IMG/VR virus record: IMGVR_UViG_3300011888_000003
Source: an uncultured virus (IMG/VR IMGVR_UViG_3300011888_000003)
Taxonomy: Duplodnaviria > Heunggongvirae > Uroviricota > Caudoviricetes
Direction: 5' to 3' (one strand)
DNA: 64,000 bases
This document shows, in pieces, positions 35,207-44,617 of this stretch. The notes under the pieces were generated by a model, which saw only the letters and a list, made by a program, of their open reading frames with translations, ran no database searches and was not told where the DNA came from. Position 1 is the stretch's first letter. Every line of letters starts with the position of its first letter. Both the position numbers and the translations under genes were made by a program.

Positions 35207-35620
35207 ATGAAATACATCGAAGTAATGGTATCAGCTTATTATCGTGGAGAAGCATTCGAAGACGTTAAGTCAAACACACAATTCGAACTCCCTGAAGCAC
35301 AAATAAAAATCTATGCTATCCCGACGACATCTGACCTTTCAGGTATTGCGTCTCTTATCCGTAAAAATCAACTCGTTCTCGTCTCAGGAGAGCTTCCGAA
35401 AGAAGAGAAGAAGGAAGTCAAGGAAGTAGCGAAAGAAGAACCAAAAGAGGAAACGAAGCAAGAAGTAAAAGAAGAAAAAACAGTCGAAGCAGAAGTTCCT
35501 GCTGAAGAAGTAAAGCTTGAAGACCTCGACATGGCGGCACTCAAAGCACTCGCTGATGAAAAAGGCGTTCAGTATAAAGGAAACATCTCTAAAGCGGCAC
35601 TCTTGAAAAAATTGAAGTGA
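35207..35620 (+). CDS. protein with C-terminal Rho-N/HeH-like helical motif
   Basis: LKALADEKGV...KAALLKKL after an E/K-rich linker. Confidence 0.6.
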   Translation: MKYIEVMVSAYYRGEAFEDVKSNTQFELPEAQIKIYAIPTTSDLSGIASLIRKNQLVLVSGELPKEEKKEVKEVAKEEPKEETKQEVKEEKTVEAEVPAEEVKLEDLDMAALKALADEKGVQYKGNISKAALLKKLK

Positions 35621-35630
35621 GGTGGCATGA

Positions 35631-37217
35631 ATGCCCATCAATAATTATTTGATTACGATGACGAACCCTGCACCGAACGAGATGGGTGTTCCAATCGAAC
35701 GCATCATGACTGTCACTTTCCAAAAGAATATGATGGCAAGTACGTTGACGGCTTCGACTATCAAACTTCGCAAGGTCAATGGTGACCTCATTCCGACAAA
35801 GCTCAGTTATGATAATGTCAAAAAAATATTGTCGATTGAACCAGCATCGACATTAGAGCCGACGACACAATATCAATTGGAAATCGTCGGGGGACTCAAC
35901 GGAATTCAAAGTGTCATCGAAGAAACGATGGGAACTTCTCGCTTCTATGAGTTCTATACCGTAGAACAAGAGATTGCCGCTCCTGTCGCAAGCGTAAAGG
36001 CAGAGGCTGTCAACGGATTCATCAATGCCTCATGGGAAGCTATCAGCATCATTGGCTCCTATGAGTATGAAGTCAAGTTGTCTCGCTCCAGCTCACCGCT
36101 CAATGCTAGTCTATGGCCCGACCAAGGACCTTATGTATCCAGCTCCTTGAGTATCAACATTCCGAAAAAACTAGAGGCTGGGACATATTATGTTCATGTT
36201 CGTACGAAGAAGGGCGAATTGCGCTCAGAATGGACGACACAGAGCGTTGCAGTCAAGGAAGAACCTGTGGAGCAAGGCACGCCTGAAGGCTCACCAGGAG
36301 GCTCTAGTGGTGATTTAGACCTCTATTTAAAAGTCATCGAGACGTTCCCGAAAGATAAAGCGTTCAACGTGCTTCCTGAGAAGGTCGGTGTCCTGTTCTC
36401 AGAAGAACTGGACTTAACGAAATATAGTGATTGGTTACGGGTCGAAGAAGTGACAGGGCAGGAGATGGCTTCCTTCATGGGCGTGTCCGCTTCTGTCGTC
36501 TCTGGGGTCATCGAACAAGTGCGTGACGGGATGAGTACCTCGAAGGTGTTGACGTTCGTACCTGACGTACCGTTTGAGAAGGATAAAGAATATCGTATCG
36601 TCGTCAAAGATGCGATGACGCTTCCTTCAGAAGATAAGACGATGGAAGTCGAAGGTAGTCTTGTCATCATCAGTGGCGAAGCCAAGAAGTTAAAAACAGA
36701 ACATATCGTCTCATTCCGTTCAAAGTTCACGCATTTCTATATCACAGTGCCTGAGGTCAAGGCAGAGCTTCAATATTTCGGGCAATTCGTCGATGAAGAT
36801 GTCCTTGCGATGTTGATTGCCTCGAATAGTCGTGCGGCATATGAAATCGCATCAGGATTAAAGAACTTTGATGCGTCGTTGTTCACGGAGACGAGTTATC
36901 CCTTCTATATGCATGAATACGTCAAGTATAAGACGTCTTATGATGTCGCTATCAGCTCGATGGTCGAGTTATCGATGGGAACAGATAAGACGATTCAGCT
37001 TGCGGACATGTCGGTCGGGGAACGTGGTCGTCAATCATTCGTTCTTCAATCCCTTATCAATGAACTCAAGGCAAAGATTAAGCCATGGGAAGACTTGATG
37101 CATGGGAAGACGGCGCGTGGATATGCATCGATGGGCAGTGCCATTTATGCAGAGACGGGTTCACCGTACCCAGACTTCTTCGAGGGTCGGGCAGAATATC
37201 CAGAGCTAGGGAAGTGA
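35631..37217 (+). CDS. Ig-like (Big_5/FN3) domain virion protein, possible head-tail adaptor
   Basis: TNPAPNEMGVP...VTFQK...LEPTTQYQLEI and GTYYVHVR. Confidence 0.65.
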   Translation: MPINNYLITMTNPAPNEMGVPIERIMTVTFQKNMMASTLTASTIKLRKVNGDLIPTKLSYDNVKKILSIEPASTLEPTTQYQLEIVGGLNGIQSVIEETMGTSRFYEFYTVEQEIAAPVASVKAEAVNGFINASWEAISIIGSYEYEVKLSRSSSPLNASLWPDQGPYVSSSLSINIPKKLEAGTYYVHVRTKKGELRSEWTTQSVAVKEEPVEQGTPEGSPGGSSGDLDLYLKVIETFPKDKAFNVLPEKVGVLFSEELDLTKYSDWLRVEEVTGQEMASFMGVSASVVSGVIEQVRDGMSTSKVLTFVPDVPFEKDKEYRIVVKDAMTLPSEDKTMEVEGSLVIISGEAKKLKTEHIVSFRSKFTHFYITVPEVKAELQYFGQFVDEDVLAMLIASNSRAAYEIASGLKNFDASLFTETSYPFYMHEYVKYKTSYDVAISSMVELSMGTDKTIQLADMSVGERGRQSFVLQSLINELKAKIKPWEDLMHGKTARGYASMGSAIYAETGSPYPDFFEGRAEYPELGK

Positions 37218-37221
37218 TTGA

Positions 37222-37752
37222 ATGAAACCATTAAAAGAAGAATTCGAAGAGATTCTACAGCGTTATGGATATCCGATATTGCTCGTTCGTCAACAGAAAG
37301 AAGTCAGATGTTCGTGTTATGACGAAAAGACACAATCTGTAGACCGTGAGTGCCCAATGTGCTTCGGTCTAGGTTTTGTCCCTCTTGTCGAGAAGCATAC
37401 TGTCAGAGAGGTCGATATGACGGTTCCTCAGACGATGCCACTGTTGGCACAAAGTCAAAACTTCGGGGAAATCGCCGTGCCGACAAGAAGCTATTTCTTC
37501 TTACCGGAAACCAAAGTCTCAGAACAAGATTTGATTCTTGATGTGGGTTGGGTTGGAGAGATTCCTGTCATGAAGAAAGGGAAGATATGGGAGGTTTCTC
37601 ATGTCGACCCTGCTCGTTTTGAAAAAGGAGAACTCATCTTCAAGAAAGTCTATGTGAAGGCAGAACCTGTGGAAATGAAGATTCGAGGATTCCATATCCG
37701 ACAAGTCGAAGGCATTTTAAGTTATGAATTGATAGGAGAGAAAAAAGGATGA
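37222..37752 (+). CDS. putative head-closure / neck protein
   Basis: CSC...CPMCFGLG; position in cluster. Confidence 0.55.
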   Translation: MKPLKEEFEEILQRYGYPILLVRQQKEVRCSCYDEKTQSVDRECPMCFGLGFVPLVEKHTVREVDMTVPQTMPLLAQSQNFGEIAVPTRSYFFLPETKVSEQDLILDVGWVGEIPVMKKGKIWEVSHVDPARFEKGELIFKKVYVKAEPVEMKIRGFHIRQVEGILSYELIGEKKG

Positions 37753-39293
37753 AATATAGTCAAGTTCGTCCTTTCTTGATGGAGGAAGACCCAAAAGGAA
37801 AAGTCCTGCTCGTAGGTACAGCCTACGACGGGATTCCTCGTCAAGGGTTTCGTATCAAGGAAGGTCATGCACCAGAAGATATATTAGGAGAGTGTGAACT
37901 GGCTGAAGCGTATACGACCTGTTTACGTGGTGGTCTCACAGCAAACGACGTTTTCATTTACCGATTGAATGGTGTCCGAGGCGAGATGACTCTGATTGAT
38001 ACCGTCATGAACCGTGAAATCCTTCGTATCTTCTCGATTGGAGCAGGAGATAGTGATGAAGACATCGAGGTGTTGGTGACACAACAAGGATTGTTCATTC
38101 AACACCCGACAGAAGACGATATCGTCAGCAAGTCTTTTTTGTTTGAAGAATATCTGACGACGAAAGAACTGGCGGACGCCATCAAACGTGCGGCAGACTT
38201 CGGAATGATAGAAGTGGATGTACAACTGTTACATAACCAAATGCTTGCGACCTGCCGATTCCAAGAACAAAGTCATCCTTTTCACCAAGCAGATAAGGAG
38301 GACTTCGTCGTTCGAACAGAAGAAACAGATGAGGTGGCATTCTCTCAATGGTATGAAGAGATGATGCGACAAGAGATGTTGAATGAAGAAGGAGAAGTCG
38401 GAGAGGTATACAGCGTTCCAGCAGAGGCGATTGTACTGGTCAGCATTCATCCTGAAGAACGTCCCGCGATTCTCGATATCTTAGGTGAATTCTGCGCATT
38501 GAAGACACAAGAAAATGAACTGTTTACTCTTGGTGTCGTCAACACGGCAGAAGTGCCAGGGATGCAAGAGATGGAAGAGACTGACATCGATGAAGAAGGA
38601 AACCCGATTGATGATGAAGGACTTCCGTTCATCTTCGACCCATATGAAGAACGTTCTGCTTTCTTTGATACTCTCGATGCTTTAGCACAACGAGAAAAGA
38701 ACGAGAACTATAAATACCTCCATGTATTAGTAGGAACACATGAAGGAGACGAAGGAAACATTGGCGTACATTCGGCGTATGCGACGATGTATGTCCAAAA
38801 TGATTGGCACAAAAGTGCAACAAATAAAGAATTAGTCGGTATTGGTAACCTTTTCTACGATTTGAAGAAAAAAGAACTTGTGCGACTTGAATCAAGTGGT
38901 TATATATGTATTGTGCCTTCAGTACGTAGACGAGCTGTCGCGAAGAAAAGCCAACACTTCTATACATATGAGTCACCTCGATATGAGGTGCAACCGCATC
39001 TTCTACGTTTGTCTCACGAAATAAGTCGTATCGTTGTCGGACAGATGGAGCGATTCATCGGAGAGCCTAACACGGTAGACATTAAAGTTTCAGAGGCCAA
39101 CTTGAATCAAATACTAGCAGATTATGTGAAAGCAGATATTATCCGAGACTTTGATTTATCCATCGAGCGGACAGACATTGACAAGGTAGAGGTCAAGCTC
39201 AATCTATCGGTGTTCGGTTCCGTCGAGAAAGTCCTGCTTCAGCATGAAGTGAAGTATCAACAACAGGAGGTCTTTAGATGGATGGACGTTTAA
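37749..39293 (+). CDS. tail-sheath-like protein (divergent paralog)
   Basis: VLLVGTAYDG N-terminus; FIGEPN and SATNKEL echo motifs in the 39922 sheath. Confidence 0.55.
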   Translation: MKYSQVRPFLMEEDPKGKVLLVGTAYDGIPRQGFRIKEGHAPEDILGECELAEAYTTCLRGGLTANDVFIYRLNGVRGEMTLIDTVMNREILRIFSIGAGDSDEDIEVLVTQQGLFIQHPTEDDIVSKSFLFEEYLTTKELADAIKRAADFGMIEVDVQLLHNQMLATCRFQEQSHPFHQADKEDFVVRTEETDEVAFSQWYEEMMRQEMLNEEGEVGEVYSVPAEAIVLVSIHPEERPAILDILGEFCALKTQENELFTLGVVNTAEVPGMQEMEETDIDEEGNPIDDEGLPFIFDPYEERSAFFDTLDALAQREKNENYKYLHVLVGTHEGDEGNIGVHSAYATMYVQNDWHKSATNKELVGIGNLFYDLKKKELVRLESSGYICIVPSVRRRAVAKKSQHFYTYESPRYEVQPHLLRLSHEISRIVVGQMERFIGEPNTVDIKVSEANLNQILADYVKADIIRDFDLSIERTDIDKVEVKLNLSVFGSVEKVLLQHEVKYQQQEVFRWMDV

Positions 39294-39901
39294 TGTCCGA
39301 AGAAAACGCATTGGATTATGAAGGATTTACGGATTTACTCTATCGTTTGTTCTCGAACGCATGGGGTGATGGATGGGGGACGTTCACGGAAGAGTTTCCG
39401 ACGACGACCACTCCAAGTGATGTCGCTTACCCTATCATCACTTATTCAATTGTAGAGATGCAACCTGCCATGATTGGAAAGAATGTACGAGAGATTAAAC
39501 CACGTATTCGGTCATATAACAATGCCGTGGTCAACGGAAAATCAGAAGATGTCGTAAAAGTACTCGCACAACGGCTCGACTATGTTATTGAGTTTCGTAT
39601 CTGGGAGGAGAACAACAAGAAGCTGGAAGAGTTGAGTAAACGATTCCGCGACTTCATGAAATCCTATACTGGTTACATCATGAAAAAAGGTACACCTGTT
39701 CTTATTTTTCAAAGAATGGAACGGAAGGAAGCGAGCGTAGGTGATAATGGCGTCTCTCAAAGTCACTATTACCTCGTTCGCCTCGAAGAAGTCACGATAG
39801 CACCATCTATGAGTCTATCCAAAGTGACACAACAAGTCGACTATGATTTGACCGTCAATGAATTAAGTTCAGGCACGCTCAAGGATTTCGACACCCCTTA
39901 A
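39278..39901 (+). CDS. putative tail terminator / neck protein
   Basis: YPIITY...IKPRIR; located just before the sheath gene. Confidence 0.5.
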   Translation: MDGRLMSEENALDYEGFTDLLYRLFSNAWGDGWGTFTEEFPTTTTPSDVAYPIITYSIVEMQPAMIGKNVREIKPRIRSYNNAVVNGKSEDVVKVLAQRLDYVIEFRIWEENNKKLEELSKRFRDFMKSYTGYIMKKGTPVLIFQRMERKEASVGDNGVSQSHYYLVRLEEVTIAPSMSLSKVTQQVDYDLTVNELSSGTLKDFDTP

Positions 39902-39921
39902 AAATCAAGGAGGAATAATAA

Positions 39922-41502
39922 ATGGCAAAGTATCCAAACCTTCCAGGAACATCTGTCAATCTTGCTGACGGTGGTCTGGTCATCAACCAAGCAGGTAACG
40001 GTCCTCGTTTGATGATTGTAGCTCCTTCACTCGTTGCTACAGCACCTGACGAGCCAACACTCATCCGTCAAGAAACGGAACTTGCACAATTTGGTTATGG
40101 TGGACTTTATGTAAACGGGGAAGTCAACCCGATTGCCGCTGAATTCCGCTTGGCACAACAATCAGGTGTTTCAAACATCTATGTGCTTGCACTCAAAGGC
40201 GCGACAGATAAAGAGAAATTCATCAACTTGCACTCTCATTTCTTTGGCACACTCGTTGACTTTGAAGTCGACCACGTCGTTCTTGCTGGCCCTTCTATCG
40301 AAGACCAAGCAACGGTTGCGGCAACAGACTTCGAAGACCCAGAAGACAAGTTAGCTTTCCCTTCACTTCCTGGTATTGCAAAATACGGTGAAGTTTTAAA
40401 AGGTAGCTTGGCTGTTCAATTGCCGTTGACGATTACTACGACGACAAACGATAAACTCACTATCGTCGACAAATCGACTGGTGCAGTTGATAAAGTCATC
40501 ACACTCTCACCAAAAACATACGACGGTACAGAAGGCAAGACTATCGCAACACTTGCGGCAGACTTATCAACTCAACTTGCTACAGCAGTCCCTGGACTTA
40601 AAGCAGTCGCAGTGGAAGGTCGTATCTTAATCGTTGGTAAAACGAAGTTTGCATTGAAAGAAACGACAGCTCTTGCAACAGCGCTTCAATTGACACCAGG
40701 AGATGCTGTTAAAGAAGAAAGTACAGTCGGCGAAATCGTCGTAGGTCAATTCGCTAAATTGCTTGCGGCTTATGCTGAAGCACAATCACTTGGCAACAAC
40801 GCTACGATTGCATACATCGGGACTCCTGAAATGCAAACTGGTGTTTCTCTCGCAAATGTACGTGAACATGCGAAGAAAATCATGGAACTGAACACGAAGT
40901 ATTCTGGATTCTTACAAATTGTAGGACAAGAAGTCACAATGATTCTCCCTGGTGGGACATCACACTACTTGAATGGTGCAACTCTATACGCCGCCCTCGT
41001 CATGAGTCTTGCTCCACAGTCTGCTCCGACATCAAAACAATTGTTTGGTTCAGTTGGTCTTCGTTACCAATATGGTGCAAGTCAGCGTAATGCGCTTACT
41101 GGTCATCGTGTTGTCACGTTCTACGTCAAGAACGGTCAAGTCCTTGTAACGGATGGTATCACGTCTGCACCACAAATCTTCATCGGTAACAAATGGGTCG
41201 ATTCTGACTACACACGTCTGTCGACAGTTCGTATCACGAACTTCATCGCACAAGAAATTCGCGATGTTTGTGAAACATTCATCGGGGAACCGAACGAAAT
41301 GCCACAATACAACGCAATGAATGCTTCTATCAAAGGAGCACTTGAGCGAGCAGTGAGTTCTCGTATCATCCGTGATGCGAAGTTCTCTATCATCCCAGGT
41401 CGTGACCTCGGTTCGGCAGTCGTTAAACTTCGCGTCTTGCCACAATTCGAAACACGTTCTATCGACATCAACATCGCACTTTCTACACCAGACACTTTCT
41501 AA
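39922..41502 (+). CDS. contractile tail sheath protein
   Basis: YPNLPG start; C-terminal LSTVRITNFI...FIGEPN...LPQFETRSI. Confidence 0.85.
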   Translation: MAKYPNLPGTSVNLADGGLVINQAGNGPRLMIVAPSLVATAPDEPTLIRQETELAQFGYGGLYVNGEVNPIAAEFRLAQQSGVSNIYVLALKGATDKEKFINLHSHFFGTLVDFEVDHVVLAGPSIEDQATVAATDFEDPEDKLAFPSLPGIAKYGEVLKGSLAVQLPLTITTTTNDKLTIVDKSTGAVDKVITLSPKTYDGTEGKTIATLAADLSTQLATAVPGLKAVAVEGRILIVGKTKFALKETTALATALQLTPGDAVKEESTVGEIVVGQFAKLLAAYAEAQSLGNNATIAYIGTPEMQTGVSLANVREHAKKIMELNTKYSGFLQIVGQEVTMILPGGTSHYLNGATLYAALVMSLAPQSAPTSKQLFGSVGLRYQYGASQRNALTGHRVVTFYVKNGQVLVTDGITSAPQIFIGNKWVDSDYTRLSTVRITNFIAQEIRDVCETFIGEPNEMPQYNAMNASIKGALERAVSSRIIRDAKFSIIPGRDLGSAVVKLRVLPQFETRSIDINIALSTPDTF

Positions 41503-41563
41503 AAGACGCGGGGGCTAGACCCCCCTTCTTATATAAGCAACCTTTTGAAGGAGGAAAATGATA

Positions 41564-42145
41564 ATGGCAGTTAGCTCATATCAAAAAACGTACACAGCCT
41601 TCGGTGGTGCAGACATCACTGCAACATTCGGTGGTATCGTAATTGGGGAACTTCAGGCGATTACATACTCTGTAACTCGTGAGAAAGCACCTGTATACGT
41701 ACTCGGCGACCCGAACCCGAAATCGTTTGCCCGTGGTAAACGTGGTATTGCGGGAAGTTTAGTTTTCACAGTGTTCGACCGTGATGCTCTTCATAGCATG
41801 AAGACAAAAGCGAACGTCTTCCGCCATGGTCTTAATACGACTGGTAAAGAAGTTCAAACAATGGAAGAAATGTTTGAAAACCAAACAGAAGCTTCTATCA
41901 TCGAAGGATGGAAGAAAGCACAAAAACCAAAATATTCTGATGAGATTCCTCCATTCGACATCACTATCAACTTCTTGAACGAATATGGTCAAGCGGCGGT
42001 TATGACGATTTATGGCGTTGAAATCTTGAACGAAGGCATGGGGATGTCAGTCGATGATATCACGACTGAAAAAGCATGTACATTCGTCGCTCGTGACATT
42101 GCAGATATGGAAGCAATGGAATCTGAGCCAAATAAAAACTGGTAA
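41564..42145 (+). CDS. tail tube protein
   Basis: Follows the sheath; RGKRGIAGSLVF and DEIPPFDITI. Confidence 0.75.
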   Translation: MAVSSYQKTYTAFGGADITATFGGIVIGELQAITYSVTREKAPVYVLGDPNPKSFARGKRGIAGSLVFTVFDRDALHSMKTKANVFRHGLNTTGKEVQTMEEMFENQTEASIIEGWKKAQKPKYSDEIPPFDITINFLNEYGQAAVMTIYGVEILNEGMGMSVDDITTEKACTFVARDIADMEAMESEPNKNW

Positions 42146-42193
42146 GAACGGGAGGGGAGGAAACTCCCCTCTTTTTTAATAGGAGGAATACGT

Positions 42194-42703
42194 ATGGAAC
42201 CAAGTATGCAAAACAGTATTTATAAAAACACTTATACATCTTTTGCTGGAACAGATATCATCGCTACATTCACACCTAAAGGTGGGTTGCCTGTTCCGTT
42301 TGGTGAACTTGCGACCATTAGTTATTCGATTTATCGCCCGATGACACAAGTCTATACAATGGGACGCGTCAATCCGTCTGGGTTTGTGAGAGGACAACGA
42401 ACCATTGCAGGCAGTCTTATCTTCACTATCTTTGACCGACATGCACTCTACAATGCAATCAAACAAGGATTTCAGTTGAAGGACGCCGCTTGCATGATGC
42501 TTAAGGGAGATGAATTACCACCCTTTGACATCAATATTGATTTCTTGAATGAATATGGTCAAGCCGCTACCATGACGATTCATGATATTCGTCTCATCTC
42601 AGAAGGTCAGACGATGTCGATTGAAGACCGTATCACAGAAAATACGATGCAATACATTGCCAATGATATCACCTTGATGTCTCCAGGCTCTGATGCATTT
42701 TAA
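42194..42703 (+). CDS. tail-tube paralog
   Basis: Shares TYTxFxGxDI, RGxRxIAGSLxFTxFDR and PPFDIxIxFLNEYGQAA with the preceding gene. Confidence 0.75.
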   Translation: MEPSMQNSIYKNTYTSFAGTDIIATFTPKGGLPVPFGELATISYSIYRPMTQVYTMGRVNPSGFVRGQRTIAGSLIFTIFDRHALYNAIKQGFQLKDAACMMLKGDELPPFDINIDFLNEYGQAATMTIHDIRLISEGQTMSIEDRITENTMQYIANDITLMSPGSDAF

Positions 42704-42715
42704 GGAGGTTCTCTA

Positions 42716-43489
42716 ATGGCAGAAGAAGCTTTACCATCTTATTATAATGAAATGCTATCTTTTTCAAAAGAATATTTTTCAGGCGCGCGGGTTCAGATTT
42801 ATTTTGGCGATACGTTCATCGAAGAAATCACGTCGCTCGAATATAGCTTAAATGAGAACGTTGCCCCGATTTATGGGTTTGCTTCCCATACTTTCGATAA
42901 GATGGCACGGGGAACACGTATCGTCCAAGGAAGCTTTACCATCAACTTTACGGAGTCAGGGTATTTACAAACGGTACTCGACAGGTTAAGTAATAAGATG
43001 ACATCTGTTACAGGAAAGGCAAACGGTATCGTTCAACCCGTACTCGCACAATATACGGATGGTTTTCGTGGCGCAAACATCGAAGAACTGATGTTATTAG
43101 AAGGGACTTCCTTCGATGATGCGATGCAAGCATATGAAGATGCGATGTGGAACATTGGCGACAAGGCGAAAGACCTGACGAACAAGAAGGATACTACATA
43201 CTTTTATCCGATGAATGCCAATGATGTAGTCACGCCTTACTATAGTGAAATGCGTGACAATGGATTCAATATTTTCATCGACTTCGGGAAAAACATTGAT
43301 TTAGGGAGAATCACATGCTTGAACGAAGGTCAATATGCTGGAAATAATGACGTTAAAACATCACAGACGATACTGAATGTACAACTAACAGGTGTCTCAA
43401 AACGAATGGGCGCAAACAATGAACCTGTGCAGGAAGTCTATACATTCCTTGCAAAAGACATTGATGGCCCAGCAAACTATAAATATTAA
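42716..43489 (+). CDS. tail-tube-like / baseplate-proximal protein
   Basis: YFSGA and RGTRIVQGSFTINF resemble the tube paralogs. Confidence 0.6.
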   Translation: MAEEALPSYYNEMLSFSKEYFSGARVQIYFGDTFIEEITSLEYSLNENVAPIYGFASHTFDKMARGTRIVQGSFTINFTESGYLQTVLDRLSNKMTSVTGKANGIVQPVLAQYTDGFRGANIEELMLLEGTSFDDAMQAYEDAMWNIGDKAKDLTNKKDTTYFYPMNANDVVTPYYSEMRDNGFNIFIDFGKNIDLGRITCLNEGQYAGNNDVKTSQTILNVQLTGVSKRMGANNEPVQEVYTFLAKDIDGPANYKY

Positions 43490-43506
43490 AACGGGAGGCA
43501 ACACAC

Positions 43507-43962
43507 ATGGCACCACGTAAGAAACAACCAACAGAACAAGTAGAAATGTCAGTCGAAGAATTAGAAGGCGAAACGGTAGAACTCGAAGGACAAGAAGTAG
43601 ACCCTGACCAGTTCGAAGATGAAATCGACGGCGATGAGGAATTACTTCCGAATGGTCCGACACATAACCAGGTTGAAGACTGGAAAGGTCGTTTCAACGG
43701 AAAAGTATTCTTGACGCAAGTCGGTGGACAACCATATGTCTTCCGCCCGATTCGTCGAAATGAATATAAAGCTGTCATGAAAGTACGCTCGGATGACCGA
43801 TACTATACGGAAGAAAAGATTTGCGCGACATGCGTCATCTTCCCAGAGAACTTCCAGCAAACAGCAATGGCACATGGACTCGCAGGAACACCAACAGTAT
43901 TAGCTGAAATGATTCTCGAACAATCAGGATTCAACCCGAACATCGAATCGATTCAATTATAA
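43507..43962 (+). CDS. putative tail assembly chaperone
   Basis: YVFRPIRRNEY...CVIFP...ILEQSGF; position in cluster. Confidence 0.55.
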   Translation: MAPRKKQPTEQVEMSVEELEGETVELEGQEVDPDQFEDEIDGDEELLPNGPTHNQVEDWKGRFNGKVFLTQVGGQPYVFRPIRRNEYKAVMKVRSDDRYYTEEKICATCVIFPENFQQTAMAHGLAGTPTVLAEMILEQSGFNPNIESIQL

Positions 43963-44019
43963 GAACAAGAAGGGGAGGAGGCAGACGCCCCTCTCTTTTT
44001 TCATGAAGGAGGAATACAT

Positions 44020-44604
44020 ATGAAAGAGTTAGAGTATGAGATGGAAGAATACGAAGAAGAATCCGTGGATTATGAGCTATTGATGGAATTAAAGAAAAAG
44101 TATTTTGATATCTATCAAACAGAGATAGGCGGTGTCGTCTTCACCTATCGTTCCATTGGTTTCTCTGAATATGATGCCATTCGGACGACGATTCCTGAAA
44201 ACGAGGAACGAGAAGAAGCCGTCTGTCGGGCGGCCGTCCTTGACCCCGTCATTGATGATGAAGGCTGGAGTGAACATATGTTTGGTATGATTCCTCAAAT
44301 CCTTGCATTGAAAATTCTTCAAGATTCATTGTTGACGCAAAACATGTCACCTGAAGTCAAACGTTATCGCTTGCAACAGGAATTGATGATGGAGAGTAGT
44401 GTTGAGCATCAACTTGCGCTTCTCATCAAGGAAGTGTTCCCTGAATATACATTCGAAGAAATCTTATCATGGAGTCTTCGGAAGATGTGCCGATTTGAAG
44501 CGTATGCAAAATGGACGATGAAGAATCTACGTGGCATGGAAATGGAAGAAGGAGACCCGTTAGAGAGACAGCTTGAGATTGAGAAAATGAAAGCAGAACA
44601 ATAA
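44020..44604 (+). CDS. putative tail assembly chaperone (paralog)
   Basis: FTYRSIGFSEY...AVLDP...ILQDS parallels the preceding gene. Confidence 0.5.
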   Translation: MKELEYEMEEYEEESVDYELLMELKKKYFDIYQTEIGGVVFTYRSIGFSEYDAIRTTIPENEEREEAVCRAAVLDPVIDDEGWSEHMFGMIPQILALKILQDSLLTQNMSPEVKRYRLQQELMMESSVEHQLALLIKEVFPEYTFEEILSWSLRKMCRFEAYAKWTMKNLRGMEMEEGDPLERQLEIEKMKAEQ

Positions 44605-44617
44605 GGAGGACGCTTAG

